This document shows positions 20,301 through 28,535 of a stretch of DNA of 64,000 bases, one piece after another (the first letter of the stretch is position 1; each line of letters opens with the position of its first letter). The position numbers were made by a program, and so were the translations under genes. Origin of the DNA: a bacterium (GTDB lineage: Bacteria > Oederibacteriota > PGYV01 > Palsa-1178); assembly GCA_037138355.1 (NCBI GenBank), contig JBAXIL010000003.1:13065-77064 (forward strand). The letters are read 5' to 3'. The notes under the pieces were generated by a model, which saw nothing but the letters and a program-made list of their open reading frames with translations, ran no database searches and was not told the DNA's origin.

Positions 20301-20455
20301 GGATAATATACTATAACTGACACAGTTGGAAAATCTACATTTGGCATTAAATCCCACGGAAGACTTGAGTAGCCGAGCCAACCAAGTGTAATAATTGATA
20401 AAACTATCATTACAACAAATACAGGCTTTTTTATGGCTAATCCTGCTATATTCAT
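17345..20455 (-). CDS. RND family multidrug efflux transporter (AcrB/HAE1-like), copy 2, a paralog of 12683..15784.
   Basis: 1036 aa. Colinear similarity to copy 1 throughout (e.g. MNIAGLAIKKPVFVVMIV vs MNISELAIKRPIFVIMIV). 12-TM RND architecture. Confidence 0.95.
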   Translation of the reverse strand: MNIAGLAIKKPVFVVMIVLSIITLGWLGYSSLPWDLMPNVDFPTVSVIVYYPGASAEEMETIVAKPLEDAFATLEGLDKVTSSCREGLAMINIAFTLGTDVKFAEIKVRDKVASTKPILPTDMLEPIIQKFSFSDIPIQFMSLSGKKQSSDLRELLEDDIKPQLERIPGVASINIFGGQKKIVKVEVNKALLLAKGITTSQITNAINARNLNYPVGTVEGTEKNITVRIVGEFQNVDDIANMPLTSNTGKMLRIKDIAKVSFTLEDETVKVRVNQVPAVMFSVLKQSGSNSVKVAADVMKQVKEIQKTLPSDIKLASAGDTTTGIKRSVEGILENIIIGAILAILIVWLFLGNFRSAIITAVALPNSIIGSFFIMMIAGFSINTITLLSLSLAVGLLIDDSIVVRENIFRHIEAGMSPKEAAEVGTNEVSLAVISTTLSIMAVFLPISFLSGIIGQFFKQFGLTVAFALAISLLDAFTTAPMLSAYWYKKEDKKEKKGLLKAAYAVSDKWNEFYNDMAKWYGEILEWALNHKKTVIASAVGLFIASFFIVPFLGKSFMNSDRGMFSANIQTYSGAPLEKTSQYIAELETFIANEKDIDSYFVMAGADMGGTAASNIGSLLVSMKPLNKRKITTDNEAQKVRDFVNKSKLDKYINVNIVSGMGGGDDSYMPVLISLTGDDLRVLENLSGQIKKIVQETPGAADADVSLKPGLPEVVLKVDPIKSEKMGISTAEIGGLMRTLMQGTKITNYKKAEKQYDITMQMDKTNRRKVDDLKNLVITTKTGKKIPLSSVVDFKYSSGPSEIRRENKVRIVKVSANVAPGASIGMVNSKIKAAIEKDIKFPKGYSYTFGGQSKEFASIGIEMGKAMLLAILFMYMILASLYNSFVQPLYIMVAVPLAMIGAFLALLLTGYNLDLFGFIGMLMVLGLVAKNGILLLDFTNKMRAQGMSMREALLHAGPVRLRPILMTTFAMIFGMLPIAMSLGEGSKGREGLATVVIGGLLTSTFLTLVVVPVVYEYFETRILKKAQQKQKLNEIK

Positions 20456-20513
20456 ACCAATCTCCTTATTATTAGCTTGAAACCGCGATGCTTAAATATT
20501 GCCGCAACGCCGC

Positions 20514-21443
20514 TTATTTGCCGTTTTTTATTTTTAAATTTTGTTTTGAGTTTCCGTTATCTACTATGGCCCCTTCAAAAAGCCTAAAATTTCCGTCAGT
20601 AATTACATTGTCGCCATCTGCTAATAAGCCATCTACTTCAATATTGTCATTAATTCTAAATCCTGTAATTACTTTTACCTGAGAAGCTTTTCCATTTCTG
20701 TTTACATAAACATATGCTCCATCTTCTCCTAAAAGAACAGCTTTTTCTGGAACAACATAACTTTCTTTATTTTCAGTTAATATATCTACATTTACAGACA
20801 TTCCTATTTTTAAAATTTTTCCTTTATTAGCCGCTTTTGCTACTACCGTCCCTGCCATAATATCCTTATCTACAACTGGTGGAACAGAAGCCACAATTGC
20901 ATTTAATGATATGGTCTTGTCATTGGCATAATATATCTGAGCACTTTGTCCTTTTTGAACTTTTAATAAATCATCTTGTCCAAGATTAAAAACTACCTTA
21001 ATTTTATTTTCATTAGCCACTTCAGCCACAGGCATTTGTGGAGATACTGTATCACCCTTGTCCATATAATAAAGTTTTGTAATCATACCTGACACAGGAG
21101 CCTTCACAGGTGCCAGTTCAAAAGTGGCACCTACTATATCGCGGTCTATGTAAGCAATAATATCACCACGCTTAACCATCTGTCCTTCTACTGTATTATT
21201 TTTAGCAAACTTTCCAGCCACTTGAGGATATACCTTCACCTGTGGATCTCCTTCAAGTATTCCTTGAACCGAAAGTACATGTGGGACATTTTGCTTTACA
21301 AGTTTCACATCAGAAATATTAAAGACTACTTCTTTTTGCTTTTTTAAACCATTTGTTACAGAAGTCCCTATCCTATAAATAATAAGAGCAGCTATAACAA
21401 TGCCCAACAAAATTAAAATTCTCTTTACAAGGTTCCTATTCAT
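20514..21443 (-). CDS. RND efflux periplasmic adaptor (MFP), copy 2.
   Basis: TM anchor plus a lipoyl/beta-barrel region (IIAYIDRDIVGATFELAPVKAPVSGMI) paralogous to copy 1. Confidence 0.85.
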   Translation of the reverse strand: MNRNLVKRILILLGIVIAALIIYRIGTSVTNGLKKQKEVVFNISDVKLVKQNVPHVLSVQGILEGDPQVKVYPQVAGKFAKNNTVEGQMVKRGDIIAYIDRDIVGATFELAPVKAPVSGMITKLYYMDKGDTVSPQMPVAEVANENKIKVVFNLGQDDLLKVQKGQSAQIYYANDKTISLNAIVASVPPVVDKDIMAGTVVAKAANKGKILKIGMSVNVDILTENKESYVVPEKAVLLGEDGAYVYVNRNGKASQVKVITGFRINDNIEVDGLLADGDNVITDGNFRLFEGAIVDNGNSKQNLKIKNGK

Positions 21444-21463
21444 TTTTTTGCCTCCAAATTATT

Positions 21464-22900
21464 TTAATTTATAAAATCCTTAAGTTTTTGTGCAGTTGTA
21501 ATATAATTAAACATAGCACTCAAATAATTCATTTTTGCTTTTAATAAACCATTTTCTGCATTTAATAAATCCACTGACTGTATAAGCCCATTTTTATAGG
21601 ACTCCTTTGCTATTCTATAACCTTCCTGGGCAGTTTTAATAAGATCATCTGCAGCTTCTATGACCTGTCTATTTTGTTCAAGAGAAGTGTAAAGCTGCTC
21701 AAGCTGTATAGCGAGCATATTGTCAATATTTTCTTTGTTAAGATCTGCTTTCTCAGTATTTGCCTCTGCTTCTTTTAATGATGCAACATTTTTAAAAGAA
21801 TCAAATACTGTCCACTGGAAACCTATAGTGACATCCCATGAATTCTGCCAATATGCGCTTTCTGTATGAAATGCTTTTTCCGTTGAGTAATAATTGTAAT
21901 TTGCATTCAATGCTATATTTGGCAAAAACATAGCTGCTTGGAGATTTCTGTTAAGCTTTGCTATGTTTGCAACTGATTCCACTATCTCTTTGTCATCATT
22001 TTTTTCCTTAAACTGTTTTAACATATCTTTATATGTAAAATCAAATTTTTTATATTCGGCCACACCCGATAATTTGATGTTTTCATCAAGTGGAATGCCT
22101 ATGGTATTTTTTAACATTTGAAGTGATAGCTTAGCTCCATCATCTGCTTTTTGTGCATCTGGCACAGAATTTGAAAACTGAACCTGCGCCTGTAAAACAT
22201 CAAAGTTTGATGCTTGTCCATTAGCATATTTGGTCTTAGTTATTCTGTAGTATTCTTCATTACTTTTTAATGTTTCTTGCATTGTTTTTGCCATTTCCTG
22301 AGCAATTAAGGCTCCATAAAACGAATTAATAACATCTAAATTTAATTTCTCTGCTGCCTTTTTATAGTTTATCCGAGCAATATTATAACTTTCTTCCGCC
22401 ATTTTCACTCCAAAAAATGTTTTTCCAAAAGTAAAGATCGGTTGTGTCAAAGATACTCTTGCTGAATAATAATTTTGTGGCATAAGCGCTAAAGCTGTAT
22501 CTGATGCAGGAAAACCAGGTCCAAAAGAATTTGCAGGAAGCAATGTACTTGCTAATTTACTGAATGGCTCATAACCACCAGCAATTACAATGGTTGGTCC
22601 AAAAGACCCTGTGGCTTTTGAAAGTTGAGCTTCTGCAGCAGTCTTATCAAGCCCTGCTATTTTATAATCTCTATTCTTTTCAGCTGCCATTTTATAGCAA
22701 TCATCAAAACTCATAACAGTTTTTGTTTGGGTGCTTTCAACTTCAGGAACTAAAGTCGCCTGAATTGTCGGTATTTGTTTTACTACAACTACTTTTTTTG
22801 GTGTTGCTTTTGCAGCAAATATCCCACTCGCTAAAATTAAGCCAACAAACAGAATAATGTTAATTCTCTTCATAATTAATTGCATTGTATTTTCCTCCAT
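21464..22900 (-). CDS. TolC-like outer membrane efflux protein (outer membrane factor).
   Basis: Signal peptide. Two repeated coiled-coil/beta-strand halves with conserved LxxAxxxYxxGxxxxxDVLxA-type motifs (YKNGLIQSVDLLNAENGL, YANGQASNFDVLQAQ). 478 aa. Confidence 0.85.
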   Translation of the reverse strand: MEENTMQLIMKRINIILFVGLILASGIFAAKATPKKVVVVKQIPTIQATLVPEVESTQTKTVMSFDDCYKMAAEKNRDYKIAGLDKTAAEAQLSKATGSFGPTIVIAGGYEPFSKLASTLLPANSFGPGFPASDTALALMPQNYYSARVSLTQPIFTFGKTFFGVKMAEESYNIARINYKKAAEKLNLDVINSFYGALIAQEMAKTMQETLKSNEEYYRITKTKYANGQASNFDVLQAQVQFSNSVPDAQKADDGAKLSLQMLKNTIGIPLDENIKLSGVAEYKKFDFTYKDMLKQFKEKNDDKEIVESVANIAKLNRNLQAAMFLPNIALNANYNYYSTEKAFHTESAYWQNSWDVTIGFQWTVFDSFKNVASLKEAEANTEKADLNKENIDNMLAIQLEQLYTSLEQNRQVIEAADDLIKTAQEGYRIAKESYKNGLIQSVDLLNAENGLLKAKMNYLSAMFNYITTAQKLKDFIN

Positions 22901-23481
22901 TAGTATAATATTTTCCAGGCAAAGCCTGTTTTAATAATCTGTAATTCTCCATAAGACACATTTAGATTTGAATAAGTTGGTCTTTCAATCCTGAGTGACA
23001 AAACTGATGTGTCATTCACATTCCAATTAAGCCCAAATCCAAAATTATAATAATCAGCAAGCCAAGTATTATCTCTATCACCGTTATATCCAGGAATTAT
23101 TTCATACTGACTATGTCTATTAGCAAATGCCCTACCATACTCAAAACATATATCAGGGTAAACTAATAAATTTGGACATATATTAACCCTGATACCTGCA
23201 AAGACAGGATAAAAAGTATAATATTCCTGAGAATTGCTCCTATCGACAAAAAACTGAAAACCTGCTCCAGCATATAGGTCCACCCACTTCGCAATAGTGC
23301 CACCTAACTTAGCATCAAAGACCGCCGTATCATAAGAACCAGTACTATTATTTTCCAGAGTACGCGGCGTAATTAATGATGCGTAGGAAACTCCAAACTC
23401 ACTGAAAATAATTTTTTCAGCCATAAGTGGACTCAAAACTGTTAAAAACATAAACAAAACTAAAATTAATATTTTTTTCAT
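22900..23481 (-). CDS. Small outer-membrane beta-barrel-like protein (193 aa) embedded in efflux operon 2.
   Basis: Signal peptide MKKILILVLFMFLTVLSPLMA. Alternating aromatic/Gly beta-strands. Terminal aromatic (…AWKILY). Stop overlaps the start of the TolC-like gene (22900). Confidence 0.5.
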   Translation of the reverse strand: MKKILILVLFMFLTVLSPLMAEKIIFSEFGVSYASLITPRTLENNSTGSYDTAVFDAKLGGTIAKWVDLYAGAGFQFFVDRSNSQEYYTFYPVFAGIRVNICPNLLVYPDICFEYGRAFANRHSQYEIIPGYNGDRDNTWLADYYNFGFGLNWNVNDTSVLSLRIERPTYSNLNVSYGELQIIKTGFAWKILY

Positions 23482-23483
23482 TT

Positions 23484-23921
23484 TTACTCCCTTTCCATTT
23501 TCTTCTGAATTTTCTTCAGTATATTTAATGCCTGCTTTTTCTCCTGATTCGACAAAACCCCTAAAATCTCAACAAACTGTTTTTTCTTTGTTTCTATATG
23601 ACTGCAGACCATTTGCTCCACATTTTTAGTCACATGTACCCACACCGTGCGCCTATCCGACTCATTATGTTCCCTTTTTAATACACCAAAAGAAACAAGT
23701 TTATTGACTGTTTCTGTCATAGACGGTAATTTGACTCCAGCATGTTTTGCCAAATCACTCATTTTTACTTTTTTATGCTTATAAAGATAAGCCATAAGAT
23801 CAAGCTGGGACAAGGTAAGATCTTTTACGCCACTTTTCATAAAGTGCGTATTTTTTTGATTTCTCATAAAACCTGATAATGTTTCAATACATTCTGTAAT
23901 TTGTTTCATCGTTTCTTCCAT
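23484..23921 (-). CDS. MarR family transcriptional regulator (heads efflux operon 2).
   Basis: MarR wHTH with wing (REHNESDRRTVWVHVTKNVEQ). 145 aa. Confidence 0.85.
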   Translation of the reverse strand: MEETMKQITECIETLSGFMRNQKNTHFMKSGVKDLTLSQLDLMAYLYKHKKVKMSDLAKHAGVKLPSMTETVNKLVSFGVLKREHNESDRRTVWVHVTKNVEQMVCSHIETKKKQFVEILGVLSNQEKKQALNILKKIQKKMERE

Positions 23922-23947
23922 AGTTCAAACCTCGAATAATTTATATT

Positions 23948-23996
23948 CCTAATAGTTAGGTATCCTTAATATAAACAAAAAATGTTTATTTGTCAA
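23948..23996 (-). promoter_or_regulatory. Sigma70-like promoter of efflux operon 2 (minus strand TTGACA-17nt-TATATT), with an inverted repeat CCTAA-N3-TTAGG immediately downstream in the leader.
   Basis: Minus-strand reading gives cTTGACAaataaacattttttgttTATATTaagg. Palindrome cctaatagttagg at 23948..23960. Confidence 0.4.
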
Positions 23997-24071
23997 GTTT
24001 TTATTAATATTTTTTTGCCCAATTCCATATAACCAGATATTGGCTATATATATAGGTTTAAAAGATTATCC

Positions 24072-24446
24072 TTATTCGAAGTATTCCATAAATTTATCAC
24101 TTGTCATAATTTTCATAAAGTGTTTTGTTGCAAAATTGGTTATCTCTCTATCTGATGAAACTATAAGATGTGTCTTTGCTTTACCTGTCCGCTTTTCAAT
24201 CATTTCCATTATATACTCATCCGCCGTTTCACCCTGTGCCGAATAAAATATTTTTATTCCATGTTTGACTTCTTTACCGCGTTGTTTGGAAGGATTATTT
24301 TTGCCATCAAAGACAACTATCATATCAGCAGGATTGACTGTTAAAAATTCAGCTAAAGCCTCAAGTAATTTTTCACGCTTTTGTTCTAAAGTACCTGTCA
24401 CTTCCATTCTGTACATTAAATTATAACCATCTATGATGACCTTCAT
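24072..24446 (-). CDS. YacP-like NYN-domain protein (putative ribonuclease, PIN-like fold).
   Basis: MKVIIDGYNLMY... and VVFDG...IKIFYSAQGETADEYI...LIVSSDREI match the YacP/Rae1 NYN family layout. 124 aa. Confidence 0.7.
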   Translation of the reverse strand: MKVIIDGYNLMYRMEVTGTLEQKREKLLEALAEFLTVNPADMIVVFDGKNNPSKQRGKEVKHGIKIFYSAQGETADEYIMEMIEKRTGKAKTHLIVSSDREITNFATKHFMKIMTSDKFMEYFE

Positions 24447-24466
24447 AAATACCTCATCTTTTTTAT

Positions 24467-26089
24467 TTACATATTATCTTTTACTATTTTTTTCTTAACT
24501 CCACTTGATGCCAATATCACATGATAAGCAGATAAGGCTGGCATTTCTAAAGTGAATGTATTATTAATTATTTTGTCTATATCCTGTCTCCGTGTTATTT
24601 TAGCCTGACTTAACTTATCAAAGCCATAAGCCTTTCCTGTTTGATATATTTGGTCCGATTTGATTACAATTCTAACCATTGTTGTATTTATTAAATCTTT
24701 ATTTATGATTATGATATGAAGATTTGTTTCGTCGTTACCTTCTATTGAAGCATAAGTTGTTATTTTTGCTACATCAGAAGTATCTGCTTTTATATTTGTA
24801 TCACCATACTTGCCGCTATTTCCGTCATAATTTCTGTATAATCTAAAACCTGCCAAAGTATATGCTCCAAGTTCTGCCATCCAATAATTAGCCATATACA
24901 CTCCATATTTACCAAATATTCCCAATACATCTGCCTCTGCAATACCGCCCGATGGATGATAACCTGCTCCATATTCATATTCCGTAAAAGCAAGCTTGGT
25001 TCCTGGATAATATTTATCAATCATTTCATTTAGCTTTGGAATTAAGCGTATAGGACAATGTCCTGACGCGCATATCCAACTTGTTTCAATATAATTTGGA
25101 TCCCATAAAGACCTCGGGGCTTGAACTCTCGCCTCTGCTGTTTCTTCCGCCACACCTGCGGCCTGTGTGAATACTATTCTTTTTCCATTGGTTGAAGCTT
25201 CTGGATACCAGTGAACATCAAGCGCATCCAGCAAACGCATTCCTTTTGCTTTTGAGGCTTCATTTAACTTTTCTAAATAATACGCCAGATACCAACCGTA
25301 AACATAATAAGGTTTAATGTAATCAGGAGCATCCTGAAAAGTTCTGAATCCATTAAAACCATATGAGGCTGGTCCGTAGATTTCGGCGCTTGGATCTATT
25401 TTTTTCACAGCGCTTGCCGCATCAATAGAAAGCTGAACATACTCTTGTGCCCCAACTTTATTTTGGTGCAACCTTGGATGTGTGGTGGACCAAATATCAG
25501 GTTCATTATCAAGTGAATAACCCTTAACACCTGTTGACGTATCTGCTTTTCCGTATTTATTCACCAGAAAATTTACTTCTTCATCTACATAAACAAACCC
25601 ATCATTTTTATCAGGTTCTAATGATAATTCTTTTCCTTTAGTAAATATTACTTTTGCCCATCTGTCAGATGGTGCTATTTCTTTTACTCCAACAGGTCCA
25701 TTCTTATCTTTTGACACATAACCAGCAAGAGGTAGAGTTATTATAGAATACGCATTTAATGTAAGTGATTTATCGTGAAATGTAGTCAATACAGCACCAG
25801 CTTTATCTTGATCACCTGTCACATTTGCCCAATCTGCCAAATAATTATCAGAAGATTGCTGCCAATCACTACCAGCATTTGAAGCATTATTTTCCCAATT
25901 GTAACCAGTCATTCTATTACCACCTAAACGCCTCGCCGTGTAATTTGTATCCCTCGCAATATCTTGATTGACACCGTATATATAAGGAGAGATTTTTGTT
26001 CTGTCTTTTGATGTATCAATTGTTACATCAACAGCAAAAAGCAATGAAGCATTCAGAAATAATAGTAAGCCAGTCAGTATCCTTTTCAC
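24467..26089 (-). CDS. Secreted glycoside hydrolase, clan GH-A TIM-barrel. Family uncertain, possibly GH44-like.
   Basis: Signal peptide. RLGGNRMTGYNWENNASNAG block. NEP acid/base motif (YSLDNEPDIW) and a TEYE-type nucleophile motif (LAFTEYEYG), as in clan GH-A retaining glycosidases. Confidence 0.55.
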   Translation of the reverse strand: MKRILTGLLLFLNASLLFAVDVTIDTSKDRTKISPYIYGVNQDIARDTNYTARRLGGNRMTGYNWENNASNAGSDWQQSSDNYLADWANVTGDQDKAGAVLTTFHDKSLTLNAYSIITLPLAGYVSKDKNGPVGVKEIAPSDRWAKVIFTKGKELSLEPDKNDGFVYVDEEVNFLVNKYGKADTSTGVKGYSLDNEPDIWSTTHPRLHQNKVGAQEYVQLSIDAASAVKKIDPSAEIYGPASYGFNGFRTFQDAPDYIKPYYVYGWYLAYYLEKLNEASKAKGMRLLDALDVHWYPEASTNGKRIVFTQAAGVAEETAEARVQAPRSLWDPNYIETSWICASGHCPIRLIPKLNEMIDKYYPGTKLAFTEYEYGAGYHPSGGIAEADVLGIFGKYGVYMANYWMAELGAYTLAGFRLYRNYDGNSGKYGDTNIKADTSDVAKITTYASIEGNDETNLHIIIINKDLINTTMVRIVIKSDQIYQTGKAYGFDKLSQAKITRRQDIDKIINNTFTLEMPALSAYHVILASSGVKKKIVKDNM

Positions 26090-26239
26090 AATTCACCTCG
26101 TTTTATTGTATTAATCCTATAAAAGAAGAAACATCTGTGATTTGAATCAAGTAATTGTCTTTAAGTCCCTATAACTATAACGCAAATAAAGCCAAAATGT
26201 TGCTTTTGGGGAGTATGTTTTAGATTTAAGGTATTATGA

Positions 26240-27883
26240 TCAGACTTTATATTTATAAAATGTCTTTATTGCTTCATATAATGTTAGATTGGCGTATGGT
26301 TCAAAAGGCGCACGCAAGGCTTTCATCATTAAAGGACTATGCAATATATAACGATAATTTGCGGAGAATTTTACTCCTGTATGTCCGTCCAATTCATCAG
26401 TGGTATAAGGAAGGTTTAATACCCAAACCGTGCTTCCTTTTATCTTATATCCAGTAATTAATGAGTAAGCATTATTAACAAGCGCTATTCTCTTTCCATT
26501 TTGTATTTCCCTACTAATAAATATATTGTCATCAAGCATTTCTTCCGCACCGCGAAAAGTTATGGTCTCTACCTGTATGTGGTCTTCTAATTCTTCTATT
26601 TCAAAATATTTTTTTAAACATTTAGCGGCTTCCACAGTTAAAACAATATTTTTTCTATTTTTGATAAGGAAGGCAAAAAGTGCTGGAAAATCTTCTTTGC
26701 GTGCTGACTGAGCTGTTAGAATTACTATCTTTTCCTTTACATTTCTTTTATCCGTAAGATAAGCAGGGATTCCTGCCATTAAAAAATATTGTGCAAGCAG
26801 TTCATCTCCATAAGTATTTGCTTCTCTTATCATAGGTATAGTAAATATCTTTCCAAAAGATGACAAGCGTCCCATCTTATCAGTTTTTTCTATAAGTTCT
26901 TCTACTAAAGGTCTCATTATAGGTTGAGGCATAATACCTGCACAGAACAATATAATTTCTTCTGCTCCACCCAAGACAGACTGAAAAGCTTGTTCTGTGT
27001 ATATTTCTTTATTGCACTGGTATATGTCAAACCATGCCTTTTTAACCTTACCTGGAGCAATTTGTTTTATATATTTAAAGAACATTGAACCATAAGCAGG
27101 CAAAAACCTTGCTTGTTTAAAATCACGGGTTTCCGTTCCAACGCCTATCTCATCATATATATCAATAAGCTTTGTGAGATCATAACCACGATCATAAAAA
27201 CGCTCATACCACTGAGGAAGCTTAAGTATAATATTCACATTTGGATTTACTTTTTTTGCTGGTTCAATAATAAATTTCTTTGAAACATCAAAAAGTAATT
27301 TAGACCTATACTCCTGCCATGTCTTTTTTCCTTTACCTTTTTTACATTCAGTACATTCACAAGAAGTAAAAAACCAATCATCTATTATTATCTCATCAAA
27401 TAGACCTGCTGTTATTTCAAAAACTTTCTTCATTTTTTTATTTGCTTCTTTATCAGAAAAACAACCTGAAGCTGTTGGAGTTTCATTTTTCACTTTGTCA
27501 GAAAAATGCGTAGGTGTAACAGCCCCAGAAACTTCGTATCCCTCTTCTATTAATTCGGCTTTCATAGCTTCTATTACAGGTATGTCTACCGTGTAACCAT
27601 CTCTATATGTTTCAAGATATACTTTCTTAATAGATAAAGGAGAAAAAATACCCATAAATTTTTTAATAATAGGTCCATAATCGCGTACATCAAAAGCAGT
27701 AAAGAAAAGTGCATAATAAAAATTCTTAGGGGATATGGTTTTTCCTTTAAAAGGCGTAAAATCATTTATAAGGGGGTCTTTTGGAACTGAAATAGGCCAC
27801 TTAGCAAGCGGCCTTAAGTTCTTAGCGGGGTAATTCAAACTTTCTACAAATTCAATCTGTTTTTGTTTAATCTTTTCGGTCAT
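26240..27883 (-). CDS. Uncharacterised cytoplasmic protein (547 aa) with a CxCxxC motif. Possibly a glycoside-hydrolase-like enzyme functionally linked to the adjacent secreted GH.
   Basis: No signal peptide. TSCECTEC cysteine triad (GH42 beta-galactosidases carry a CxCxxC zinc site, but the rest does not clearly match). Sits between the GH gene and the divergent MarR-emrAB promoter region. Confidence 0.4.
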   Translation of the reverse strand: MTEKIKQKQIEFVESLNYPAKNLRPLAKWPISVPKDPLINDFTPFKGKTISPKNFYYALFFTAFDVRDYGPIIKKFMGIFSPLSIKKVYLETYRDGYTVDIPVIEAMKAELIEEGYEVSGAVTPTHFSDKVKNETPTASGCFSDKEANKKMKKVFEITAGLFDEIIIDDWFFTSCECTECKKGKGKKTWQEYRSKLLFDVSKKFIIEPAKKVNPNVNIILKLPQWYERFYDRGYDLTKLIDIYDEIGVGTETRDFKQARFLPAYGSMFFKYIKQIAPGKVKKAWFDIYQCNKEIYTEQAFQSVLGGAEEIILFCAGIMPQPIMRPLVEELIEKTDKMGRLSSFGKIFTIPMIREANTYGDELLAQYFLMAGIPAYLTDKRNVKEKIVILTAQSARKEDFPALFAFLIKNRKNIVLTVEAAKCLKKYFEIEELEDHIQVETITFRGAEEMLDDNIFISREIQNGKRIALVNNAYSLITGYKIKGSTVWVLNLPYTTDELDGHTGVKFSANYRYILHSPLMMKALRAPFEPYANLTLYEAIKTFYKYKV

Positions 27884-28002
27884 TTAGTACTCCCTTTTCT
27901 ATAAATAAATTATACTACTAATAATTTTTTATTACAAGAAGTATAAACACTTGCATTTCATTAAAACTTTAATAACTTGACTACTATAAACATAAATGGT
28001 AT

Positions 28003-28039
28003 AACTGTTGAACTTGGAACAGTTCCATTTGGAACAATT
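28003..28039. promoter_or_regulatory. Candidate MarR operator: overlapping palindromes AACTGTT-N8-AACAGTT and GGAACAGTTCC, followed by a third GGAACA half-site. Lies about 23 nt upstream of the marR-emrAB start codon.
   Basis: Sequence ataACTGTTgaactTGGAACAGTTCCatttGGAACAattat. GGAACAGTTCC is a perfect 11-bp palindrome. RBS AGGAG at 28051..28055. Confidence 0.45.
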
Positions 28040-28061
28040 ATAATAGTTTTAGGAGTTTTAA

Positions 28062-28502
28062 GTGAAAAAGCATAAAAACATGAAATCACAGGTGAGTAGT
28101 TCTCGTCGCATTATAGGTTTAATAAGAGATGCCCATGCCCTTCTCCGTAGTCGCTTTATGTCAAAAGCGCAGAATATGGGTTATAGTATGCCACAATTCA
28201 TGGTAATGTATGAATTAACTTCAGCCGGTGATATGACAATGCACGAACTTAATGGAAGACTGAAGCTTCCTAAATCCACAGTTTCAAGAATAGTTGACCA
28301 GCTCGTGGACAAAAAAATGTTAAAACGAATTAGGCCTGAAAATAACCGTCGAGTAGTTATGTTAAAAGCCACTCCAAGTTATATAAAGGGAAAAATGGCT
28401 ATTAGGAATCTTGTGGTTGAAGATATAGATAAAGTATTAAGCCACAGCAAAGCAAAGATATTATTACAAGCTCTCGAAGAACTTGTAGAATCAATCAAAT
28501 AA
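28062..28502 (+). CDS. MarR family transcriptional regulator (GTG start) heading the EmrAB-type operon.
   Basis: MarR wHTH (LPKSTVSRIVDQLVDKKMLKRIRPENNRRVVMLKATP). AGGAG RBS 6 nt before GTG. Confidence 0.8.
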   Translation: MKKHKNMKSQVSSSRRIIGLIRDAHALLRSRFMSKAQNMGYSMPQFMVMYELTSAGDMTMHELNGRLKLPKSTVSRIVDQLVDKKMLKRIRPENNRRVVMLKATPSYIKGKMAIRNLVVEDIDKVLSHSKAKILLQALEELVESIK

Positions 28503-28535
28503 CTAATTTTAATATAACATCAATGAGGTGAACAA

